The notes under the pieces were generated by a model. That model saw only the letters and a list, made by a program, of their open reading frames with translations, was not told the DNA's origin and searched no databases. From sequence record NC_055712.1: 64,000 bases of DNA; one strand, written 5' to 3'. The position numbers and the translations under genes were made by a program. Positions 57,248 through 64,000 of the stretch are shown here, in pieces. This DNA comes from Escherichia phage phT4A. Position 1 is the stretch's first letter. Each line of letters begins with the position of its first letter.

Positions 57248-58162
57248 TTATTTTGGTAATTTTTCGATTGTTGCTTTCAACTCATTGATTTTATTAAAGA
57301 GTTCATCGCTATATTTCATCAACTCACTACGGCGTTTTTCGGCCCACTTGATCAGGAATTCAGGAGAATCTACACCATACGTGTAACCTTCTGCACTCAG
57401 TTGAATACGAGCACGGGAACCATAATCAACAGAACTTTGTTCAATGAGAAACTTAACCGCATCAAGCAGGGCTAAATCTTCATGACTTACCATGATTCCT
57501 TCTGCCTTTGGAAGATCCACAACTTCATCCTGAATGAGTTCACGGCGGGTTGTTTCTTCCAGTGTTTCATGATTCTGGATCATCGTTTCGACCGGATCCT
57601 TTGCCACGGCTGGTTTGTTTTCACCTACTTCTTCCAAAAACATCAAAATCCATCCAGGAATTTTAGTCCGGAAAGAACTTTGTACTTCACTGGTGCATGA
57701 ATTTCCCAGAATGTGGATCGCGTTACCATGCATATCAGCTTTATTGATATAGATAACGTTCTGCTGTTCCTGTCGGTTGCTACCATAAGAAAGGAAGCGG
57801 CGTAACGATGTGTTATGACCATACTTCCCTAAATCGATTTCAGCCAGGCAATCAATGATCCCACGGTTAGAAACCTTGTAACGCTTACCCTGTTTGAAAA
57901 ATAACGATTCTTCCAGGTGAGTAGGGGTAAACTCTTCATAAAGAACATAGAATTCTTTAGGAATTTTGCGCTGAACCAGACTCAGTTTACAATTATTAGA
58001 AGGAACAATAACAGAGTGAATGTTTCCTTCGGTATCACACATAGCTTGCATTACTTGCGGATAGTAAAGATGGTCTTTCTTGCAAGTATAGCTATGGATA
58101 CGACTCTGACGTTTTTTGAAGTACCATTTACCAGTTTCAAAAGGCGCTGTTGTAAAATTCAT
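57248..58162 (-). CDS. hypothetical protein
   Basis: 304-aa ORF. Confidence 0.4.
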   Translation of the reverse strand: MNFTTAPFETGKWYFKKRQSRIHSYTCKKDHLYYPQVMQAMCDTEGNIHSVIVPSNNCKLSLVQRKIPKEFYVLYEEFTPTHLEESLFFKQGKRYKVSNRGIIDCLAEIDLGKYGHNTSLRRFLSYGSNRQEQQNVIYINKADMHGNAIHILGNSCTSEVQSSFRTKIPGWILMFLEEVGENKPAVAKDPVETMIQNHETLEETTRRELIQDEVVDLPKAEGIMVSHEDLALLDAVKFLIEQSSVDYGSRARIQLSAEGYTYGVDSPEFLIKWAEKRRSELMKYSDELFNKINELKATIEKLPK

Positions 58163-58686
58163 TTTGCATTCTCATACATAGTTAAAATTGCTTGCATATG
58201 TTCCGGTGATTGTGGAACCCCTGCAAAGTTCACTTTCAAAAAGAAATTCAACCGATCTTTTATGTTGCACTCATCGAGTCCAAGCGCTGGCAATGAAATG
58301 TTTTCAAAAGCACGTTGTTCATGTCTTTCCATTTCACCCCAAAACAAACGGGAACCGTTAGGCATCGGTATTCCAATTTCATTGTTCCAGAATTTCATGA
58401 TAGTTGTCAAGCGTTGTTTTCCATCAATGACTTCTACCCATCGAGATTCGTTGAATTCACTATCAACCGCGATCGCAATGATACCGCAAGGAAACCCAGT
58501 AATCAAAGTCTTCATGAAAGCATCTTGCTCTTTCTGCTTCCACACGTAGGGCCGCTGATAGGACGGATTCAGATCCAGATCGTTGTTCTTGAACCAATGA
58601 ATGTAACTACCAACCATGATCGCATGATCGCGACTTTGGAAAGTTTTTAACTCACGAATACGGTTTCTTACAATTTCGTCTGTCAT
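58159..58686 (-). CDS. DUF262 (ParB/Srx-like, GmrSD N-terminal-type) domain protein
   Basis: YQRPYVW and IDGKQR match the DUF262 core; no C-terminal DUF1524/HNH part; start set at MTDEIV. Confidence 0.55.
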   Translation of the reverse strand: MTDEIVRNRIRELKTFQSRDHAIMVGSYIHWFKNNDLDLNPSYQRPYVWKQKEQDAFMKTLITGFPCGIIAIAVDSEFNESRWVEVIDGKQRLTTIMKFWNNEIGIPMPNGSRLFWGEMERHEQRAFENISLPALGLDECNIKDRLNFFLKVNFAGVPQSPEHMQAILTMYENAK

Positions 58687-59009
58687 TATAAAATCACCAT
58701 CCAGTATATAATCGTAATCATAACCGCTACAGTGAAACACATTGCAGCATACACACGCGCATTATGAACCTGTGTTTTCAATTCTGCGATCTCTTGATCC
58801 TTTTCGCTTTCAAACTCTTCGCGAGTACCATAATACCCAGGATCGTTAGCAGTTGCCAATCTAACCGCATCTTTTTCAACCAGCGTTGCGTAACCGCTTT
58901 TTATTTGTGTCGCCCCGTACCATCCACCCCGATCGTTGTTAATGATCAGATGATCGCCTTTTTCGTTATGCTTTGATTCGCCAACAACAATAACCCGCTT
59001 ACCATTCAT
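58686..59009 (-). CDS. hypothetical protein with C-terminal TM segment
   Basis: C-terminal hydrophobic AAMCFTVAVMITIIYWMVIL. Confidence 0.35.
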   Translation of the reverse strand: MNGKRVIVVGESKHNEKGDHLIINNDRGGWYGATQIKSGYATLVEKDAVRLATANDPGYYGTREEFESEKDQEIAELKTQVHNARVYAAMCFTVAVMITIIYWMVIL

Positions 59010-59037
59010 AATATGATCCTCAAAGGGGCCGAAGCCC

Positions 59038-59295
59038 CTATTTCGCGTTCTTCTGTAGATAATCTAACAGATTTCCGCTTTGATGTAAATCCAAAACTTT
59101 AGAAAACTTCTCTGCGTTTCTTTCGTTTGTGAGTTCGTCGAAATGCCATACACCATCATCAGCTATTAACGCGCCAGGTGATGAACCTGTTTCTACATCA
59201 CGGGAAAGCGCAAGCCCCAGAGGGTGTAAGATTTCGCGGTTAATGCGCCAAACAAGGCCCATTTCAGATAGAGTAGTAAAATCGACGTATTTCAT
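59038..59295 (-). CDS. hypothetical protein
   Basis: ORF only. Confidence 0.35.
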   Translation of the reverse strand: MKYVDFTTLSEMGLVWRINREILHPLGLALSRDVETGSSPGALIADDGVWHFDELTNERNAEKFSKVLDLHQSGNLLDYLQKNAK

Positions 59296-59296
59296 A

Positions 59297-59680
59297 TTAT
59301 GCCTTTGGTTTCACACCGTAGGCCAACATACCAAAACGATGATCATTATCTGCATCTTTAAACAGAACTTCGTTACCATCAATGCAGAGAACCTTTGCTT
59401 CCGGATCGATGTATGGAAGCAACCACAAAGGGATCAGGCGTAGGCCGCTATGTTCATCCCAGCGACTGAAATTAAGTTCTTCCAGTTCATCAAGGGAAAA
59501 CTCATTAGGATCGATATAACGGAACCATTTGGTATTTTTGAGGCGGTCAGGGAAGTTTACAATTTCTTCATAGCCGAATTCAGCACTCCATGAAGAGTAA
59601 ACAGTGACTTCGGATGCTTTGGTTAAAACAGCATCGCGAATTGATTTGCAGATATCGATTAAAGTCAGTTGATTTTCCAT
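59297..59680 (-). CDS. hypothetical protein
   Basis: ORF only. Confidence 0.35.
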   Translation of the reverse strand: MENQLTLIDICKSIRDAVLTKASEVTVYSSWSAEFGYEEIVNFPDRLKNTKWFRYIDPNEFSLDELEELNFSRWDEHSGLRLIPLWLLPYIDPEAKVLCIDGNEVLFKDADNDHRFGMLAYGVKPKA

Positions 59681-59690
59681 GATATATTTC

Positions 59691-60098
59691 TCATCTTGCT
59701 AAAATTTTAGGCAGTAGTTGCCCCATCGTTTTACGTGCATGTGACGGAATCTGTGATACTGGGACATATTTGAAATCATCCATTTCACGTATAGTCCGTC
59801 CGTTCTTAACGAAAGTGGATGCACAATAGCATTCTTCCGCTACTGGGTAATCTTGCCCTACATAGAGAAATAAAGCAAGGTTTTTTGTTTTCGTGTAATC
59901 GAGAACACCCAGGCTAACCAATTCCTCCGCGAACACTTCAAATCCTGTTTCTTCAAAGCATTCACGGATCGCCGCGTCAATATGAGTTTCGCCCTTTTCA
60001 ACATGCCCCTTCGGAATATCCCAATGGGGCGTTTCAGTGGCATGGCCCATCAACACGGCACCATCTTTAATAAAGATAATACCCGCTGATAGTTCCAT
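59691..60098 (-). CDS. Nudix hydrolase (second copy)
   Basis: Nudix box GHVEKGETHIDAAIRECFEETG. Confidence 0.7.
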   Translation of the reverse strand: MELSAGIIFIKDGAVLMGHATETPHWDIPKGHVEKGETHIDAAIRECFEETGFEVFAEELVSLGVLDYTKTKNLALFLYVGQDYPVAEECYCASTFVKNGRTIREMDDFKYVPVSQIPSHARKTMGQLLPKILAR

Positions 60099-60344
60099 TT
60101 ATTCACCTTCAAAAGCGTTATCAAATGCTTCAAGTGCTTTGTTAGCGCGAGCACTGGCTTTTGTCACACCAGCAGAAAGGTTTTCGAAGAAAGTATGTTT
60201 CCACACTTCGCGGCGACTGGATTCATGTTCCAGACTGTTTTTGTGATCACCGCGAATCTGTTCTTCCATGTCATAACGGTACAGATCGAGTTCTGCGTTT
60301 AATTTCTGTTCTAATGCCTGTGCAAATACATGTTCAATATTCAT
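60099..60344 (-). CDS. hypothetical protein
   Basis: ORF only. Confidence 0.35.
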   Translation of the reverse strand: MNIEHVFAQALEQKLNAELDLYRYDMEEQIRGDHKNSLEHESSRREVWKHTFFENLSAGVTKASARANKALEAFDNAFEGE

Positions 60345-60592
60345 TTTGTATAGCCTATTTCAGATTTAAGGTTTTCGAGGGTGGAGTGATAAACAACATT
60401 CCCTTCGTGTCGAGTATACCATACTTTTCCGTTCTGGTTACACTCATTCATTACATTTTCATCTAAACCAGGGATCGGCTTCATGCTGGGAGAAAACGCG
60501 ATAGACATCATTTGTTCCGCACTATCAGCAAACCCACAAGGGAAAACAGATCCAGTTGGTTTATCAAGATACATCAACTCTACTTTAGCCAT
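60341..60592 (-). CDS. hypothetical protein
   Basis: Start set at MAKVELMY. Confidence 0.3.
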   Translation of the reverse strand: MAKVELMYLDKPTGSVFPCGFADSAEQMMSIAFSPSMKPIPGLDENVMNECNQNGKVWYTRHEGNVVYHSTLENLKSEIGYTK

Positions 60593-60878
60593 AGATTTCT
60601 TCGAAATCCTCACAATCAGGCAAATACGTTTCACAGAAGGTGCAAAGCGTAAAGAATGCAGGTTGACGAATACCAGGATTATCCGGTAGATACATCCAGA
60701 AGGTGTTAGCAAACACGATGAATGTTTTCAGGTTTTCGGTGGTAATTTCGCTAACACCATCATACCCGGATTGATTGATCGCGCGTTGCAGTGGCACCTC
60801 GTACTGTTCGCAATAGTCGGCATAATGATCGCTTGTTACAAGGCCATTAGCCATTTTAATCAAATCGACGATTTTCAT
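60585..60878 (-). CDS. hypothetical protein
   Basis: ORF only. Confidence 0.35.
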   Translation of the reverse strand: MKIVDLIKMANGLVTSDHYADYCEQYEVPLQRAINQSGYDGVSEITTENLKTFIVFANTFWMYLPDNPGIRQPAFFTLCTFCETYLPDCEDFEEIYG

Positions 60879-61267
60879 GATTTTACATATTCCACTTTAA
60901 CAGGTTTTGCAACAAATTTATCTTTGGTGCGCCCATGACCATTACACAGGTCACATTCTTTGTTGAAATCTTTCATATCTTCGACCCATCCAGAATCTGG
61001 CAACCCAGACGGATATGCGTTATAACGAATGGTTTCATAACCTTTTCCGTTGCATTTCGGGCAAACATGAGGACGTTCTTTTTTAGCAGACTCTGCCAGT
61101 TCGCGAAGGGTGGTAGAACTACCATAAGCCCGACACATGTTTTCAAAGTCTTTTAAAGTCATTCTATAAACATCAATGACGTTATATTTTTTGCCGGATG
61201 GTTTAGCCATAATATATTTCTCACTTAAAGAATTTTTTGATGAAAGAGATAGCAAGGCCGATACCAA
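60875..61267 (-). CDS. zinc-finger protein (DnaJ-type CxxCxGxG repeats)
   Basis: CPKCNGKG and CDLCNGHG. Confidence 0.4.
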   Translation of the reverse strand: MVSALLSLSSKNSLSEKYIMAKPSGKKYNVIDVYRMTLKDFENMCRAYGSSTTLRELAESAKKERPHVCPKCNGKGYETIRYNAYPSGLPDSGWVEDMKDFNKECDLCNGHGRTKDKFVAKPVKVEYVKS

Positions 61268-61450
61268 AGAAAATTAAGTAACCTTTTCCGTCACCGTGCG
61301 CCAAAACATAGAGTGAGCTGCCGTATGCGATGAGTTCTGCGATGTTCATTAAGTTTCTCATGATATCCTCCTTTTTCTATATTAAGTATCTTACCATAAT
61401 ATAAACCAAAGTCAACAACAAAGTTTTATCAACCCACTTATCACCAGTCA

Positions 61451-61591
61451 TTAGTAATCCCCTACAGGTTGAGACGCCGCAACACTCAGGATCTTGAAAG
61501 TGCAATTGTTCCATTCACAATAAGTTTTTGCGCAATGAACACTTCCTTTCATAACAAACCCGTTTGAGAAAATTAACCAGTAAAGTTTCAT
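61451..61591 (-). CDS. small hypothetical protein
   Basis: Start set at MKLYWLIF with GGAGG SD, downstream of a promoter cassette. Confidence 0.3.
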   Translation of the reverse strand: MKLYWLIFSNGFVMKGSVHCAKTYCEWNNCTFKILSVAASQPVGDY

Positions 61592-61618
61592 GATAGCCTC
61601 CTTTGTTTCGACAAGGCC

Positions 61619-61650
61619 AATATAACAAAGCCCCTGCACGAATGCAAGGG
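61619..61650 (-). promoter_or_regulatory. stem-loop + sigma70 promoter cassette (PeSL-like)
   Basis: Minus strand: hairpin GCCCTTGCATTCGTGCAGGGGC carrying TTGCAT, 17-nt spacer, TATATT. Confidence 0.55.
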
Positions 61651-61656
61651 CTTTTT

Positions 61657-62196
61657 TCAGTTTTTCAACATCCAAAGTTGCGGAGGACAATCTTTAGAAG
61701 CGATTAGACGATCCAGGCGGGACATAACCCGACGATAACCGTCGTATTCAAAATTAATTTTTGGTGGAACGTAGTTGACCTGGATTGTTTTTCTGTTAGC
61801 TAAAGAAACATACTCAGGGATCACCGTTCGCAACCGTATAGCGATCACTGGCTTCTCTTCGCCTTCGTTAAAGAACATTTGAACAGTTATAGGACAAGCA
61901 AAGATTTTACCATTTACCCGACGATAAACAATAACTTCCTGTGTCCCTTCTGTTTTGGCCTTCACCGCGTAGGTTAGAACATAACACGAATAATGATTTG
62001 CTAGACTCATCATGATATCGCGATAAGTTTCAATATCTTTTTTAATCGATACTGAACGGTCTTTAAAGCGATCTGCAATGTGGTCAGCAGTAGCCGCTAC
62101 CTTGATTGTATACCAGTCACCTAACGCGCTAGTAAACGCCTCGCTAACTTCTTTTCGTACACTGTTAACAAGATACATTAAACGTGTTCTGTTCAT
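61657..62196 (-). CDS. hypothetical protein
   Basis: Start set at MNRTRLMYLV with GTGAGGA SD. Confidence 0.35.
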   Translation of the reverse strand: MNRTRLMYLVNSVRKEVSEAFTSALGDWYTIKVAATADHIADRFKDRSVSIKKDIETYRDIMMSLANHYSCYVLTYAVKAKTEGTQEVIVYRRVNGKIFACPITVQMFFNEGEEKPVIAIRLRTVIPEYVSLANRKTIQVNYVPPKINFEYDGYRRVMSRLDRLIASKDCPPQLWMLKN

Positions 62197-62203
62197 ATAA
62201 TCC

Positions 62204-62827
62204 TCACTGATTTTTGAAGTATTCGATCTGACGCAAACGCTTTTCAGCGGCGGCTTTCGAATCGTATTCACCAAGTTCTTTTGTGTGATCGTGATTCAAA
62301 ACAACCCACTTATCGCCACGCTGTTCAATGTGTTCTGTAATATCTTTTAACGACTTATCCAGATCCAGTGATTCAGCCTCTTCACAGATAATAGTCAAAT
62401 CCACGGGCAGTGTCAACAACCTTTTTACTCCGCTGATATCATCAAGCATCGAATCGTATGCAAGGGTTACGTGCGGTTTGTAATCCGGATAATCGTATGT
62501 TGCGCCAGCATCAATAGAATCTTTGAAACGGCTATGCAGGTATTCAGATTCCAGGATCCCTACGATAGTGCTACCGTATTTTGTGTCCCACTTTTCAACA
62601 TCAACCAGTTTAGCAGGTTCTGTGATGTCCTGTTGCGGGAACAAATCAACCGTTTTCCGGCTGTATACGATCGTTGTATGCATCTTTTCGGCTGAAACAG
62701 CATTCTTTGTGATACCTAATGTCTTTTGAACATTTTTCAAAGCCTCACATGAAGCCTGATCGAATTTAGCACACATGTAGATACCAGGATCTACAACAGG
62801 TTTTGTGATTTCAAGAAATGATTTCAT
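62204..62827 (-). CDS. 2H phosphoesterase-superfamily protein (LigT/cyclic phosphodiesterase-like)
   Basis: Two H-x-T-x motifs, HTTIVY and HVTLAY, about 75 aa apart. Confidence 0.55.
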   Translation of the reverse strand: MKSFLEITKPVVDPGIYMCAKFDQASCEALKNVQKTLGITKNAVSAEKMHTTIVYSRKTVDLFPQQDITEPAKLVDVEKWDTKYGSTIVGILESEYLHSRFKDSIDAGATYDYPDYKPHVTLAYDSMLDDISGVKRLLTLPVDLTIICEEAESLDLDKSLKDITEHIEQRGDKWVVLNHDHTKELGEYDSKAAAEKRLRQIEYFKNQ

Positions 62828-62878
62828 AAAACACCCCAATAAAAAAGGGGCCGAAGCCCCTTTGTAATAAATTTGTTT

Positions 62879-63151
62879 TTACGCTTCTTCGCCAAAGTCG
62901 GCTTCATCTTCCGCGCCTTTTTCGACTTCAACGGAAGGGATCAGAGCGGATACCGCGCCAATCACTGCTTCTGGGGTTACTGGCTGGCTTGCGTCAATAC
63001 CCAGTACCGAACACAGGTCGGACAGAAGTTGACGATGAACAGAGAGTTCACTTTCTTTTTGCGCGATTACTTCGTTCAGATCGAATGCGCGGCCTTTCAG
63101 TACCAGTACTTCATTTTGCAGTTTTTGAATATCAGACATTTTATTACCCAT
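62879..63151 (-). CDS. hypothetical acidic coiled-coil protein
   Basis: ORF only. Confidence 0.35.
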   Translation of the reverse strand: MGNKMSDIQKLQNEVLVLKGRAFDLNEVIAQKESELSVHRQLLSDLCSVLGIDASQPVTPEAVIGAVSALIPSVEVEKGAEDEADFGEEA

Positions 63152-63153
63152 TG

Positions 63154-63849
63154 TTAAAATTTAAAAGTATCGAGCACTTTGCTCTTTAGTTGTTTCAAAG
63201 TACCTTCGTTAGTGATGATACTATCTCCCGGTTGAGGTGTCAAACCTTTTTCCGTGGAATGTTCATCAACAATTCCGGTATCTTTTACAATAAACACAAA
63301 CTTAGCACCCAAGCGTTTCAGGTATTTATATTCGTGTTCCTGACGACAGTCAGTTACCAGAAGATGATTGTATTCGTCACCAGCATATTTATTGACGAAT
63401 CTTTCCAGTGTGTAACGAACCCAAACCGTGTTATCATACTTGCATACGATATCAGTTCCAAACACTTGCATCAAGCGTCTGATACTCCAGGGAGTATCGT
63501 TACTCATAATCAGATTATCAATATCATCAGGACTATAAACAATATTGTATCCACGTTCTTTGAGGATTTCAAGCCCGATTTTGAAAATATTTAGAACATC
63601 TTCATTAGACATCACAAGAGGTTTCTCTCGATCACCTTCGTAAAAAATAGCATCCGGATCAGAATATTTTCCTTCAACCAGACTACGAATGTATGGTTTA
63701 GCGTAACCATATCGCTGCATTGCTACTCTTAGCGTTCTTTTGATACCAAATGCCAGTGCTTCACACTGAACATCATTGTACGCCTCTTGAATAAATTTAG
63801 CAACCGTATCTTTACCAGTTCGCTTTTTTCCACTAATCACATAAATCAT
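63154..63849 (-). CDS. 1: deoxynucleoside monophosphate kinase
   Basis: N-terminal P-loop SGKKRTGKDT and overall collinearity with recalled T4 gp1 (WSIRRLMQ.FGTD, VTDCRQEHE, ITNEGTL). Confidence 0.8.
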   Translation of the reverse strand: MIYVISGKKRTGKDTVAKFIQEAYNDVQCEALAFGIKRTLRVAMQRYGYAKPYIRSLVEGKYSDPDAIFYEGDREKPLVMSNEDVLNIFKIGLEILKERGYNIVYSPDDIDNLIMSNDTPWSIRRLMQVFGTDIVCKYDNTVWVRYTLERFVNKYAGDEYNHLLVTDCRQEHEYKYLKRLGAKFVFIVKDTGIVDEHSTEKGLTPQPGDSIITNEGTLKQLKSKVLDTFKF

Positions 63850-64000
63850 TAGCTCATTCTCTTTTGAGAAGTGACTACTTTTCCGTCAATTTCAACTTCC
63901 ATATGAAGGAAGCCAAAAGTTGCCATACACGTAACCGCTTCATCACTATCGTTAGTATAACCCAATTCAACCTCACCCAAGTTTGTTGGGAAGGCACCAT
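63849..64000 (-). CDS. hypothetical protein, C-terminal part; gene runs off window end
   Basis: Minus-strand frame open from the window edge to a TAA overlapping the gp1 start (TAATG). Confidence 0.3.
   Translation of the reverse strand, partial: GAFPTNLGEVELGYTNDSDEAVTCMATFGFLHMEVEIDGKVVTSQKRMS

Noticed and set aside
63323-63330. Second exact T4 late-promoter motif (TATAAATA on the minus strand)
   Set aside because: It lies inside the gp1 coding sequence with no suitably placed downstream start; likely a chance AT-rich match.
1-64000. CRISPR arrays, integrases or transposases
   Set aside because: No regularly spaced direct repeats of 25-40 nt and no recombinase-like ORFs were seen; the only mobile elements evident are homing endonuclease genes.

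Overview
This window is a T4-like myovirus (Straboviridae/Tevenvirinae-type) genome segment with three 100-N assembly gaps (6055-6154, 9163-9262, 36941-37040). Plus-strand early/middle genes cover 260-20023: J-domain protein, frd, td (no intron), nrdA (frameshifted, runs into a gap), rnlA, spanin pair, pnk, cd, gene 31, a tRNA-Met-like gene plus a second tRNA-like element, a GrcA-like glycyl-radical cofactor, a NADAR protein and DNA ligase. A baseplate-hub late cluster spans 20020-27224 (gp27-like on the minus strand, then gp28/29/48/54/51/26/25-like on plus). The rest (27259-64000) is a long minus-strand array of small accessory genes with tk, PIN-PhoH, dNMP kinase, NMNAT+Nudix, macro domain, SPFH, DUF262, 2H phosphoesterase, a Dcm-type C5 methyltransferase, a large vWA protein and a cysteine-rich Fe-S-like protein. 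Six homing endonuclease genes are present (four HNH-AP2 paralogs, one GIY-YIG, one partial Mob-like HNH), several overlapping their neighbours. At least eight stem-loop/sigma70-promoter cassettes recur in intergenic spacers. The most likely undescribed system is the minus-strand vWA operon (28604-32972) bracketed by two paralogs sharing a 17-aa N-terminus; the NAD/ADP-ribose enzyme set is the other strong candidate. All calls rest on motif recognition and recalled homolog sequences; no database search was run.
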